Below are positions 17,887 through 27,676 of a stretch of 51,608 nt of DNA, one piece after another; position 1 is the stretch's first letter; every line of letters begins with the position of its first letter. Origin of the DNA: Candidatus Equimonas enterica (lineage in GTDB: Bacteria; Bacteroidota; Bacteroidia; Bacteroidales; Bacteroidaceae); NCBI GenBank assembly GCA_018066225.1, contig JAGHRU010000052.1, positions 1-51,608 on the forward strand, written 5' to 3'. The position numbers were made by a program, and so were the translations under genes. Under the pieces are notes generated by a model. That model did not search any database and was not told the origin of the DNA. It worked only from the letters and a program-made list of their open reading frames with translations.

Positions 17887-19098
17887 TTACTTGGCGAGAC
17901 GCTTTTCGAGACGCTCGCGGATAGCGCGGATGAAGTCGAGTGAGTTCTTCACCTGAGGCGTTACGCCTTCCATCATACCAGCAAGGTCCTTGGTTACGAT
18001 GCCTTCGTTGAGCGTGTCGAAGCAGGCAGCCTCGAGGCAGTCAGCGTAGCGCTGGAGTTCGGGCAGGTTGTCCTTCTCACCACGCTTGCGGAAAGCGCCG
18101 CTCCATGCGAAGATGGTAGCCATCGGGTTGGTGCTGGTCTCTTCACCTGCGAGGTGCTTGTAGTAGTGACGGGTCACGGTGCCGTGAGCGGCCTCATACT
18201 CGTAGTTGCCTTCGGGGCTTACGAGCACGGAGGTCATCATGGCGAGGCTACCGAAAGCGGTGCTGACCATGTCGGACATCACGTCGCCATCGTAGTTCTT
18301 ACAAGCCCAGATGAAGCCGCCCTTGTCGCGGATAACACGAGCCACGGCATCGTCGATGAGGGTGTAGAAGTAGATGATGCCAGCCTTCTCAAAGGCTTCC
18401 TTGTACTCCTCAAACACTTCCTCGAAGATAGCCTTGAACTGGCCATCGTACTTCTTGGAAATGGTGTCCTTGGTGCTGAACCAGAGGTCCTTCTTCTGGT
18501 CGAGGGCGAACTTGAAGCAGCTGTGAGCGAAAGAGCGGATGCTCTTGTCGGTATTGTGCTGGCCCTGGATGACGCCTGCGCCCTTGAAGTCGTGGATGAT
18601 GGTCTCTTCTACCTTGCCATCTTCACCCGTGAAGACGAGCTTGGCCTGACCTGCGCCGGGTACGCGGATTTCTACGCCTTTATAGACATCGCCGTATGCG
18701 TGACGGGCAATGGTGATAGGCTTCTGCCAGTTGCGTACAACGGGCTTGATGCTGTCGATGGTGATGGGGGTGCGGAATACGGTACCGTCGAGCATAGCAC
18801 GGATGGTGCCATTGGGCGACTTCCACATCTGATGCAGGTTGTACTCCGACATACGCTGCACGTTGGGGGTGATGGTGGCGCACTTAACGGCTACACCATA
18901 CTTCTTGGTGGCTTCGGCAGACTCTACGGTCACGCGGTCTTCCGTCTTGTCGCGATATTCCAGACCAAGGTCGTAGTATTCGCTTTTCAGGTCAACAAAG
19001 GGAAGGATGAGTTCGTCCTTGATCATCTTCCACAGGATGCGAGTCATTTCGTCCCCGTCCATCTCCACGAGGGGAGTGGTCATTTTGATTTTTTCCAT
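17887..19098 (-). CDS. icd: Isocitrate dehydrogenase, type II (NADP-dependent family)
   Basis: VEMDGDEMTR, KCATITP, WKSPNGTIR, NYDGDV.SD, EAAHGTVTRHY. Confidence 0.96.
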   Translation of the reverse strand: MEKIKMTTPLVEMDGDEMTRILWKMIKDELILPFVDLKSEYYDLGLEYRDKTEDRVTVESAEATKKYGVAVKCATITPNVQRMSEYNLHQMWKSPNGTIRAMLDGTVFRTPITIDSIKPVVRNWQKPITIARHAYGDVYKGVEIRVPGAGQAKLVFTGEDGKVEETIIHDFKGAGVIQGQHNTDKSIRSFAHSCFKFALDQKKDLWFSTKDTISKKYDGQFKAIFEEVFEEYKEAFEKAGIIYFYTLIDDAVARVIRDKGGFIWACKNYDGDVMSDMVSTAFGSLAMMTSVLVSPEGNYEYEAAHGTVTRHYYKHLAGEETSTNPMATIFAWSGAFRKRGEKDNLPELQRYADCLEAACFDTLNEGIVTKDLAGMMEGVTPQVKNSLDFIRAIRERLEKRLAK

Positions 19099-19181
19099 TG
19101 CGGTATTGGTTGATTTGTTTATTGGGTTAATGGGGAAGTGGAGCCCCTGCCGCTTGGACAGGAGACTCCACGTGGAAAAGT

Positions 19182-21422
19182 TTACTTCTTGCTCTTGTAG
19201 TAGTTCATAAGGCAACCCTCGGTCAGAATTTCACGCTCTGCGGCAGTGAGGTTCTGGAAATAGAGGTGCAGGTCCTTGACACCGTCCTTGGTGATAACCT
19301 TGGCGTCAATTTCTTCCTTGCCATCGAGAATGGCCTGACGGATGCTGGGGACATAGACATAGTCGCCGACTTCGTAGTCAAACTTCACGTCCTTGTCAAT
19401 GGTGAAAGGCACGAGACCCCAGTTGATGCAGTTGCTGCGGTAACGCTTGGTGGCGTATTCGTAGCAGATGTTGGCGTCGCCGCCGAGCACCTTCTGGCAG
19501 GAAGCAGCCTGCTCACGGGCAGAGCCGTCACCCGGACGGTGAGCGAAGACGAGGCTACCAAAGCTGGTGTTGCAAGCGCAAGCACCGACCTTTTCAAGCG
19601 CAGCGGCAACGGCTGCGGGCACATTGCCAGCACGGCGAGCGAGGTCATCGCTCTGGATGCGCTTGCTTCGGCCTACGTATTCAGGCACACGGCGAGAGAG
19701 TGCAAACTCCGACAGCTTGAGCGGGTTGGAACGGTAGGAGGAGGTTTCGCCCGAAGGGATAAGTTCGTCGGTCGTCGTCACGTCGTCGTGGATGACAGCG
19801 GCGAGCTCGAGCAACATGTTCTCGCTCATGGGGTACATCGTGGGCCAGTCCTTGATGTTAGGACCATAGCGGAGTTCTTCGTTGGGGTTGGCCTTGCCGA
19901 AGCCGTGGAAGTTGCGGCGCTCATAGACCTTGGCGTCATACTCGTAAGGCTTGAAGTCCACGTTGTAGTCCACGTCGGTAGCAGCAGTAATCATACCGCC
20001 GTTGGCAGCCGTAGCGGCGATGGAGCGTGCGTCCATCAAGGCTACCATGGAGAGCTGGCCTTGACCGGGCTTTGAGCCTTCGCGGTTGGGGAAGTTGCGG
20101 GTGGTGTGGCGGATGGAGAGGCCGTTGTTGGCGGGTACATCGCCTGCGCCGAAGCAAGGACCACAGAATGCGGGCTTGATGACAACGCCTGCTTCAAGGA
20201 GTTCGCTGGCGATGCCAGCACGCGTCGTGGCGAGATAGACGGGCGTGGACTGCGGATAGGCAGAGCAGGTGAAGTATTCGTTGCCGATGCTCTTGCCACG
20301 CATGATGGCAGCCGCTGCGGCGAGATTGTCGTAAGTACCGCCAGAGCAACCAGCGATGATGCCTTGGTCGGCATAGACCTTGCCATTCTTAATCTTGCTG
20401 ACGAGATCTACATTGACCTTGTCGCCGAAACGCTTGACGGCATCGGCTTGCAACTCCTTCATAATCTTCTCAGGATTAGCCTGCAACTCGTGAATCGTGC
20501 AAGCGTTGCTGGGGTGGAAAGGAAGGGCTATCATACACTCCTGCTTGGAGAGATCGATGCGTATCATACGGTCGTAGTAGGCCACCTTGCCGGGACGGAG
20601 CTCCTTGTAGCACTCGCTGCGGCCGTGGATGTCGTAGTGATGCTTCACCTCTTCGTCGGTGACCCAGATGGAGCTGAGACAAGTGGTCTCGGTCGTCATG
20701 ATGTCGATGCCGTTGCGGAAATCGATGGGAAGGTTCTTCACGCCAGGGCCAGCAAATTCCAGCACCTTGTTGTTGACAAACTTGTTCTCGAACACGGCTT
20801 TACACAGGCTTATGGCCACGTCGTGAGGACCTACGCCCTTGCGAGGCGCGCCTTCGAGCCATACGAGCACCACTTCGGGGGCATTGATATCCCAAGTGTT
20901 GCAGAGCAGTTGCTTGACAAGTTCACCACCGCCTTCGCCTACGCCCATATTGCCGAGTGAGCCATAGCGGGTGTGAGAGTCGGAGCCGAGGATCATGTTG
21001 CCGCACTTCACCATTGCTTCACGGGCATACTGGTGGATGACAGCCTGATTGGCGGGAACATAGATACCGCCATACTTCTTGGCTGCGGAGAGACCAAAGA
21101 CGTGGTCGTCTTCGTTGATGGTACCGCCAACAGCGCAGAGGGAATTGTGGCAGTTCGTCATAGCGTAGGGCAGCGGGAACTTCTCAAGGCCGCTGGCACG
21201 CGCGGTCTGGATGATGCCCACGTAAGTAATGTCGTGCGACATCATAGCATCAAACTTGATGCGCATCTTCTTGCCGCCACTCTTATCTACATCGTGGCTG
21301 CGGAGAATGCCGTAGGTGATGGTGTTTTCACGCGCTTCGTCGGGCGTGGGAAGTCCAGCGGCTTCTGTCGTGATGTCTTTGCCATCAAGCAGATAGACGC
21401 CATGGGGAATGAGTTCTACCAT
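19182..21422 (-). CDS. YbhJ-like aconitase-family hydratase
   Basis: SHDITYVGIIQTA, TNCHNSLCAVGGTIN, GSDSHTRYG, GCSGG, FCGPCFG, HTTRNFPNREG. Confidence 0.9.
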   Translation of the reverse strand: MVELIPHGVYLLDGKDITTEAAGLPTPDEARENTITYGILRSHDVDKSGGKKMRIKFDAMMSHDITYVGIIQTARASGLEKFPLPYAMTNCHNSLCAVGGTINEDDHVFGLSAAKKYGGIYVPANQAVIHQYAREAMVKCGNMILGSDSHTRYGSLGNMGVGEGGGELVKQLLCNTWDINAPEVVLVWLEGAPRKGVGPHDVAISLCKAVFENKFVNNKVLEFAGPGVKNLPIDFRNGIDIMTTETTCLSSIWVTDEEVKHHYDIHGRSECYKELRPGKVAYYDRMIRIDLSKQECMIALPFHPSNACTIHELQANPEKIMKELQADAVKRFGDKVNVDLVSKIKNGKVYADQGIIAGCSGGTYDNLAAAAAIMRGKSIGNEYFTCSAYPQSTPVYLATTRAGIASELLEAGVVIKPAFCGPCFGAGDVPANNGLSIRHTTRNFPNREGSKPGQGQLSMVALMDARSIAATAANGGMITAATDVDYNVDFKPYEYDAKVYERRNFHGFGKANPNEELRYGPNIKDWPTMYPMSENMLLELAAVIHDDVTTTDELIPSGETSSYRSNPLKLSEFALSRRVPEYVGRSKRIQSDDLARRAGNVPAAVAAALEKVGACACNTSFGSLVFAHRPGDGSAREQAASCQKVLGGDANICYEYATKRYRSNCINWGLVPFTIDKDVKFDYEVGDYVYVPSIRQAILDGKEEIDAKVITKDGVKDLHLYFQNLTAAEREILTEGCLMNYYKSKK

Positions 21423-21473
21423 AATACTTGGTTATTGAAAGGTTGATATAATGTTTTTAAGATGAATTGTCGT

Positions 21474-23780
21474 TTAGGGAAGGAGATGGTCGGCAAGCAG
21501 CGTTAAAGCCAGCATGTCGGCAGCACCTCCGGGAGAGATGTTGAGGCCGATGTACGCGTCATTGAGGGTGGCGAGTGTGCCCTCTATGTCGGTCTCTTCT
21601 GCTATGGTGAGTGCTTCTTGCTTGATGCGTTGCGCTGTTTCATAGCCTGCACGGCGAATGACATTCGTATCGTCGAGCACAGCGATGATGCGCATCAGCA
21701 AGCGATGGGGGGAGCGGTCGCGGCGTAAGGCGGGTAACCACTGGTCGAAGAGTGTGGCGTAGCCGCTTTGTGCCATTGCTATTGCGCCGCCACGGGTGGG
21801 GAAGTCTGCGGCGAGTCGCCGGATGGTGTCGCTCAACGCCGTCGCCGTAATGGCCTGACGCTTGTGCACCAAATGTGCTGCGGCGATGAGCCAAAGCCCC
21901 ATGCAGAATATCGCTCCCTTGTGGGTATTGACACCGTGAGTGGTGGAGAGCATAGCCTTTTCGGCTGTAAGCCCTGCTGCGATAATGGCAGCGTGCGTAG
22001 GCAGAGTGTCGCACAGCCCCATCTGGGCGATAGCGGCAAACTGTGGACGCAGTGCAGCGATGCTTGCTGCCATGAGGCGGTAGTCCATATCTTGGTGCGC
22101 CCCAGCATCGTGCTTATCGACAAGCCCTGGCTTGGGCGTGGTGTCGAGTTCGGCCGTTAAGGCGTTTGTGGCTGCCAAGGCGAGAAGATAGGGCACGGCT
22201 TCGGGGACAACCAACAATAGGGCATCGGCCCAATGGCCTGCGCTGAGATGAGCGCGCAAAGTGGAGGCCGAGATAGCGTGTCCCTGCGCTGTCAGTCGTG
22301 GCACTTCGCAGACCTTGATGTCGTGCTCAGGCAAGAGGTCGTGCATCAACGCATTGTAGCGTGCGGTGAGTGCGTCTGTCGGTTCGCTGCCGACGAAGCG
22401 CGTGGTAATGCCGAGCCCCGGGGCGATGATGCGGCAGAAGATGTCGAGATCCAGCCGTATCTGGGTGTCGGTGGCGTGGGTGAGGTCTTTGAGAAAATAG
22501 GTCGGGAATGTCGTGGCAGACACCGCGTAATGGCGGGTGGCGCACACCGTGACCTTGTCCATGCCACGCAGCGCATCGCGGACGATGGCTTCACGCTCTG
22601 CTGTGGTGAAAGTGGAGCGGTCTTCGCTCACCACCATAACGAAGAGGTGATCGACCTGCTTGGCGGCTTCCTGTACCAGGTAGAGGTGGCCGCGCGTCAT
22701 CGGGTTGGCATTCATGATGATGATGCCGCGCCGCCTGGCCGTACCTGCCGCTTGGGAAAGCGATGACAGGTAGGTGCGGAAACTTCTCAACGCAGACGGG
22801 TCGTGCTCCATAGCGATGGCTTCGGGGGCTTGACCGATGACTTTGAAGCCGAGTCCCTCAAAGATGTCGCGGTTGCTGGGCTTGGTGAACACCTTGACAT
22901 TGGTGATGCCTTGACTCGCAGCCTCGGAAATCAATTCCGACACGAGCTTTGCTGCCCAGCCGCCTCCGCGTCCAGCCTCGCTGACAGCGACGCACTTGAT
23001 GACATCACCGCTGATGCCTGCGCCTGCAACTATCGTGCCATCGGGCGCGACGACAGCCGTATAGGCGTCGAGGTCGTCGTAGCGCAAGCCGTTGTCGGCG
23101 AGGAAGGCGTCGATGCGGTCGCGGTTGCGGGCGATGGAGAGCGGCAAAGTGACGATGTCGCACGCTTCGGGAGCGATGGCCTGCTGGGCAGGTCGCTGCG
23201 TCGGCTGTTGCTCTGTCGTCGGTTGATGGGAGGAGGTTGTTGGCGGTGTCGCTGCCGCCGTATATACCTCTTTTATATTGGTACGCGCGTAGTCTGCTAC
23301 GATTTGCTGTATCTTAGCCAAGAGTTGCGCCGGCTTGTGGGCACGCTCGCGCATACAGTAGCGTGCTTCACGCTCGCAGAGCAGGCAACGGCGTGGTGGG
23401 CGTCCCACCTGTTCGCGTGACAACGGCGTCATGGTCGTGCGCTGTATCACGTCGATGTCGAAGAGTCGTCCCAGCGGATGGGTGTCTTCGATAGCCGTAG
23501 CGCGGCGTTTGGCAAGGTCTTCGGGCAATGCTGTGAGCAGGTAGGCTTCGTAGCCTGTTTCGAGATCGTAGGTCTCCAAAGGAGCGAACGTGCCAAATGT
23601 CTTGCGGAGTGCTTCTACGGCGGCTGTGGCTATGGTCAGAGAGAGGGCGTTGCGCTTGTCGCTGCCGGGCATGATGACGGTCAGTACCAGTAGCGTCTTG
23701 CTGGGGTTGTCGCTGAGCAACTGCACTTGCTTGGCGTGGCGGGCGTCGCGGCTTTCCAGCAACTGTTGTAGCGTTACCAT
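21474..23780 (-). CDS. Triple fusion CitX-CitC-CitG (holo-ACP synthase, citrate lyase ligase, triphosphoribosyl-dephospho-CoA synthase)
   Basis: CitX: PLGRLFDIDV, RRCLLC..C.R..H; CitC: MNANPMTRGHLYL, FPTYF, RFVGSEP, ISAS; CitG: PKPGLVD..GAHQDMD, NTHKGAIF, SPGGAADMLA. Confidence 0.9.
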   Translation of the reverse strand: MVTLQQLLESRDARHAKQVQLLSDNPSKTLLVLTVIMPGSDKRNALSLTIATAAVEALRKTFGTFAPLETYDLETGYEAYLLTALPEDLAKRRATAIEDTHPLGRLFDIDVIQRTTMTPLSREQVGRPPRRCLLCEREARYCMRERAHKPAQLLAKIQQIVADYARTNIKEVYTAAATPPTTSSHQPTTEQQPTQRPAQQAIAPEACDIVTLPLSIARNRDRIDAFLADNGLRYDDLDAYTAVVAPDGTIVAGAGISGDVIKCVAVSEAGRGGGWAAKLVSELISEAASQGITNVKVFTKPSNRDIFEGLGFKVIGQAPEAIAMEHDPSALRSFRTYLSSLSQAAGTARRRGIIIMNANPMTRGHLYLVQEAAKQVDHLFVMVVSEDRSTFTTAEREAIVRDALRGMDKVTVCATRHYAVSATTFPTYFLKDLTHATDTQIRLDLDIFCRIIAPGLGITTRFVGSEPTDALTARYNALMHDLLPEHDIKVCEVPRLTAQGHAISASTLRAHLSAGHWADALLLVVPEAVPYLLALAATNALTAELDTTPKPGLVDKHDAGAHQDMDYRLMAASIAALRPQFAAIAQMGLCDTLPTHAAIIAAGLTAEKAMLSTTHGVNTHKGAIFCMGLWLIAAAHLVHKRQAITATALSDTIRRLAADFPTRGGAIAMAQSGYATLFDQWLPALRRDRSPHRLLMRIIAVLDDTNVIRRAGYETAQRIKQEALTIAEETDIEGTLATLNDAYIGLNISPGGAADMLALTLLADHLLP

Positions 23781-23872
23781 GAATTTTCTTCCTCTCTCGT
23801 GGCTTATGGCACGAGCATAGGGCTGGTGGCGCGCGTCGCTACCTGCCCTACACTCGGTGCATAGGCTTGCAT

Positions 23873-25315
23873 TTAGTCTTCTACGATGTTCTTAATCTCA
23901 TCGAGTACAGAGCCGTCGCGGTTCATCACGACGCCGACCACCTTGTCGCCGAAAGGCAGGGGAGCTGCCTCGCCGATGACCTTCTTGGCGCGGTCGCGGA
24001 GGTATTCCATGCTGACGATGTTGAGGCCAGCGGCTTTGAGTGCCTCTGCCAGTTCGGGGCGGTTGGGATTGACGCCGATGCCGTATTCCGTAACGACAAC
24101 ATCGACACTCTTGCCCGGGGTGATGAGGGTGGTAACCTTATCGACCACGCAGGGGATACGGCCGCGCAGAAGCGGGCAGACGATGATGCTCAAAGCGGAG
24201 TCGGCAGCCGTGTCTTGGTGACCACCGATAGCGCCACGGATGATGCCATCGCTACCAACGAGGACGTTTACGTTGAAATTGACATCGACTTCGAGTGCGG
24301 AGAGGATGACGATGTCGAGGTAGTGCGTGGCGCTGCCCGTTTCGTCACCAGCGGCATATTCGTTGGCGCTGACCTCCTTGTGCATAGGATCGTGCATGAG
24401 CGACTCTGCGGCAACACGATCGAAGGACTGCACGTCGATGAGGCGGTCGATGAGGCCTTCCTCGTGCATCTTCACCATGTGGGCTGTGATGCCACCGAGG
24501 GCGAAGCTGGCCTTGATGCCGTCTTGTATCATGCGTTCACGGATGTACTTGACCACGGCGAGCGATGCGCCGCCAGTACCCGTCTGGATGCTGAAACCGT
24601 CCTTGAAGTAACCGCTGGCAAGGATAACCTTGGCGGCTTGCTTGGCGAGCAGAATGTCGCGGGGGTTCTTGGTGTCGCGGATGGCACCAGAAGCAATCTT
24701 GGAGCTATCGCCGACGCTCTCTACCTCAACGACGTAATCGACATCGTGCTCGGAGATGGCGTTGGGCGTATTGGGGTAAGCCACGAGGTCGTCGGTGAGG
24801 ATGACTACCTTGTCGGCATAGCGGGCATCGGGAAGCGCGTAGCCGAGGCTACCGCAGATGCTCTTGGCGTTTTCGGAGCGCGAGAAGCCGCAAGCGTTGC
24901 CGGCGGGGTCGCAGGAAGATGCGCCGAGGAAAGCGACGTCGATGTGGAGTTCACCAGTGGCGATGGCCGTACCGCGATAGCCGTGGCTGCGGAAGATGAC
25001 GGGCTTCTCCATAAGGCCGTGAGAGATGCGGCGCGCGAGTTCACCACGCAGACCAGAGGTAGAGAGTTGGGTTACGACGCCGTTTTCGATGTGCTTGATG
25101 AGGGGCTCGTGGACATCGGAGAGGCTGGATGCTGCGACATGCAGGTTTTTAAAGCCCATTTCGGCGAGTTTATCGACCACGAGGTTGAGTACCTTGTCGC
25201 CGCCACGGAAATGGTGGTGAAAGGATATGGTCATGCCGTCTTTCAGGCCAGTATTGCGGATGGCTTTTTCGAGGGTGACGACTTTTACGTTGCGGTTGAT
25301 ATTGTTGTTCTTCAT
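23873..25315 (-). CDS. citF: Citrate lyase alpha subunit (citrate CoA-transferase)
   Basis: GLKDGMTISFHHHFRGGD, CGSLGYA, QTGTGGASLA, GAIGGHQDTA. Confidence 0.96.
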   Translation of the reverse strand: MKNNNINRNVKVVTLEKAIRNTGLKDGMTISFHHHFRGGDKVLNLVVDKLAEMGFKNLHVAASSLSDVHEPLIKHIENGVVTQLSTSGLRGELARRISHGLMEKPVIFRSHGYRGTAIATGELHIDVAFLGASSCDPAGNACGFSRSENAKSICGSLGYALPDARYADKVVILTDDLVAYPNTPNAISEHDVDYVVEVESVGDSSKIASGAIRDTKNPRDILLAKQAAKVILASGYFKDGFSIQTGTGGASLAVVKYIRERMIQDGIKASFALGGITAHMVKMHEEGLIDRLIDVQSFDRVAAESLMHDPMHKEVSANEYAAGDETGSATHYLDIVILSALEVDVNFNVNVLVGSDGIIRGAIGGHQDTAADSALSIIVCPLLRGRIPCVVDKVTTLITPGKSVDVVVTEYGIGVNPNRPELAEALKAAGLNIVSMEYLRDRAKKVIGEAAPLPFGDKVVGVVMNRDGSVLDEIKNIVED

Positions 25316-25316
25316 G

Positions 25317-26201
25317 TTATGCTTCCTCCTTGGTTAAGATTCCTGATGCTACTGCGAGTTCGATGGTGCGCTGTGCGCGGAGCACTACGGGGCGATCGAC
25401 CATCTTGCCTTTCACGGCGATGACGCCGCTACCCTTGGCTTCGGCCTCCTTGATGGCGGCGATGATGGTGCGTGCTTTTTCGATTTCCTTTTCCGTAGGA
25501 GCGAAGACCTCGTTGATGATTTCTATCTGACGGGGATTGATGATAGATTTACCGTCAAAGCCGAGTTTCTTAACGTATTCCACCTCGTTGCGGAAGGTCT
25601 CCATATCGTTGAGGTTGGAGAATACCGTGTCGAGCGCGTCGATGCCTGCGGCACGAGCTGCCAATACGATGGTTTGGCGGGCCAGTTGCAATTCCTCGCC
25701 CGTCTTGGTGCGCTGGGCTTTGAGGTTGGCGCAGTAGTCTTCTGCGCCGAGGGCGATGCCCATCATGCGCTTGCTGGCCGTGGCGATAGCGTAAGCGTTG
25801 ATGATACCGAGCGTGCTCTCGATGGCGGCCATAATCTTGGTGCGACCGAGGCAGCCGATTTCCTTCTCCACGCGCTCTATCTCTTGCTCCAGCTCGATGA
25901 CTTCCTGTGCCGTCTCGGTCTTGGGCATACGGATGACGTGTACGCCAGCCTTGACGACGGCTTCGACATCCTTCTTGCCGTAAGGCGTGTTAAGCGGATT
26001 GACGCGCACCACCATTTCGGTCTTGCCGTAGTCAATCGTTTTCAGTGCGTTGTGCACGAGCAGACGAGCGGCGTCTTTCTCGGCCATGGTCACGGAGTCT
26101 TCGAGGTCAAGCATAATGCTGTCGGGGCCATATATGAAGGCATCTGCCATCATGCCGGGGTTGTTGCCCGGCACGAACATCATTGTTCTTCTGAGTCTCA
26201 T
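25317..26201 (-). CDS. citE: Citrate lyase beta subunit (citryl-ACP lyase)
   Basis: RLRRTMMFVPG, DLEDSV..EKDAAR, ALGAEDY, GFDGKS.INPRQI. Confidence 0.95.
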   Translation of the reverse strand: MRLRRTMMFVPGNNPGMMADAFIYGPDSIMLDLEDSVTMAEKDAARLLVHNALKTIDYGKTEMVVRVNPLNTPYGKKDVEAVVKAGVHVIRMPKTETAQEVIELEQEIERVEKEIGCLGRTKIMAAIESTLGIINAYAIATASKRMMGIALGAEDYCANLKAQRTKTGEELQLARQTIVLAARAAGIDALDTVFSNLNDMETFRNEVEYVKKLGFDGKSIINPRQIEIINEVFAPTEKEIEKARTIIAAIKEAEAKGSGVIAVKGKMVDRPVVLRAQRTIELAVASGILTKEEA

Positions 26202-26244
26202 TGTCTTTCTTGGGATTTGATGAAGGGTTGTAGTGAATGTGGGC

Positions 26245-26523
26245 TTACTGCCATACGTCTTTGCCTGTGGCACGAACAGCAGCGGCGGTGACACGTGCAC
26301 GGATGGTGCAGTCGAGTGCGCCCTTGTCGGTGGCATCGATAACAGCGTCGTTGATGCCAAGTCCTTGTAAAGTCTCAGTGATGACGGCCTTGATCTGGTC
26401 GCCGAACTGGTAAGCCACGGTGCTTGCCAGATTGATTTGCAGTCCAGCCTTCTCTGCGGGGGAGATTTGGATCATGATGTCGCCCGACTCGAGGGTTCCT
26501 GCAAAAGCATTTTTGATTTCCAT
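26245..26523 (-). CDS. citD: Citrate lyase acyl carrier protein
   Basis: AGTLESGD (prosthetic group Ser), QFG, DKGALDC.IRAR. Confidence 0.95.
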   Translation of the reverse strand: MEIKNAFAGTLESGDIMIQISPAEKAGLQINLASTVAYQFGDQIKAVITETLQGLGINDAVIDATDKGALDCTIRARVTAAAVRATGKDVWQ

Positions 26524-26619
26524 CGTTACTTGTATGTTGAGTTTATAGGGTCATGAATTGGTGACTTGGGCGCGTCGTGGCTCACTCTGCTTTGGCGGCC
26601 TAAAATCCTAATTCGCGTG

Positions 26620-26680
26620 CAAAGTTAATAATTCTTTTTGGGATGGGCAAACAAAACCGTAAAAACTACGTTTTTTTACG
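26620..26680 (-). promoter_or_regulatory. cit operon promoter with adjacent inverted-repeat operator candidate
   Basis: TAACTTTG at 26620-26627, TTTG at 26648-26651; CGTAAAAA-N7-TTTTTACG at 26658-26680. Confidence 0.6.
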
Positions 26681-26918
26681 CCTGTATCTCTGTGTTCGGC
26701 AAGGCGATGTGTGTGGCGTCGTCAGCGTGTTGGTGGGGACGAAACCGACATTTGTACAAATCTGCAATTGTGGGCGTAAGGCCGCATTTCGCGTTTTGAT
26801 GGCCATCTTCCTGCGAAAGCATAGAAAGAGAGCGAGAATGGCGTGTCGGGCTAAATGGCTGTGGCTCATCGCGTTGTGCGCATCTGCGATGCGGCATGCG
26901 CCGTCGTGCTGCTGCTTG

Positions 26919-27017
26919 TCTGCCCTTATGAGGCTATGTTTTCTGCCCTTGCCGGGCGCGCGACTTGCCCTTGCAGTTTTCACGGTCTGCCCTTACAGTG
27001 AAAACGGCTTGCCCTTC
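26919..27017. repeat. 22-bp-period repeat cluster (YYTGCCCTT variant)
   Basis: Cores at 26919, 26942, 26964, 26986, 27008; linkers CAGTTTTCACGG and CAGTGAAAACGG. Confidence 0.8.
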
Positions 27018-27046
27018 TCGTGCCTCATCGTTGTGCTTCGGCCTAC

Positions 27047-27077
27047 AAAAACACCCCCTACCGAGCGGCAGGAGGTG
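27047..27077 (-). terminator. Intrinsic terminator after TlpA-like gene
   Basis: Minus strand CACCTCCTGCC-GCTC-GGTAGGGGGTG then T5. Confidence 0.8.
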
Positions 27078-27151
27078 CTATTTCAGTGATTGTCGAAAAG
27101 GCAAATAAAGCGTCAAATCTTGGCGCGTGGCCGAAAAATGTACCAATGAAT

Positions 27152-27667
27152 TTACAATGTTTGCGCGATGGCCGAGCAAAGTGCATCTTTATCGATGGTT
27201 TCGGTGAACATCGCCGTGATAATTCCCGCCTTGCTGATGACATAAACGCGCGGGATGTAGGCTTTGGCAAACTTCTCGTAGATGCTGCGGTCGGCTTGGG
27301 CGGCAAAGGGTAGGGTGAGGCCGTTCTCGCGCCAGTAGGTCGTGATGGCATCGTCGTCTTCTGCGCGGGCGATGCAGACGAAGCGCACGCCGCTGGGCGC
27401 GTAGGTCTCATAGAGGCTTTGCAGCATGGGCAGTTCGCGCTGACAGTCGCTGCAAGTGGTGTGAAAGAAAGTCAAGACCGTAGGTGTGCCTTGCAGACTT
27501 TGGCTGCTTACGGTGCTGCCGTCGTGCAGCACGACGCTGAATGTCGGCACGCCATCGCCGATGTGCACGATGTCGCTCTCGGCGGGCAGTGGGGTGTGCT
27601 CGGTGACGCAAGCATTCATTATGAGGCAGAGTACAATGAGAAGTAAGGGTTTTAAGAGAGATGTCAT
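27152..27667 (-). CDS. TlpA-family thioredoxin-fold lipoprotein
   Basis: Lipoprotein signal (MNAC), FFHTTCSDCQRELP CxxC, IPRVYVI. Confidence 0.85.
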   Translation of the reverse strand: MTSLLKPLLLIVLCLIMNACVTEHTPLPAESDIVHIGDGVPTFSVVLHDGSTVSSQSLQGTPTVLTFFHTTCSDCQRELPMLQSLYETYAPSGVRFVCIARAEDDDAITTYWRENGLTLPFAAQADRSIYEKFAKAYIPRVYVISKAGIITAMFTETIDKDALCSAIAQTL

Positions 27668-27676
27668 AGCGGTATT

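Noticed and set aside
19138-19171. Hairpin between hydratase and icd as a riboswitch
   Set aside because: Short imperfect stem with no U-tract or recognisable aptamer; at most an mRNA stability element
26643-27089. 148-aa ORF in the citD upstream region
   Set aside because: Runs through promoter, repeat cluster and terminator; no protein-like features
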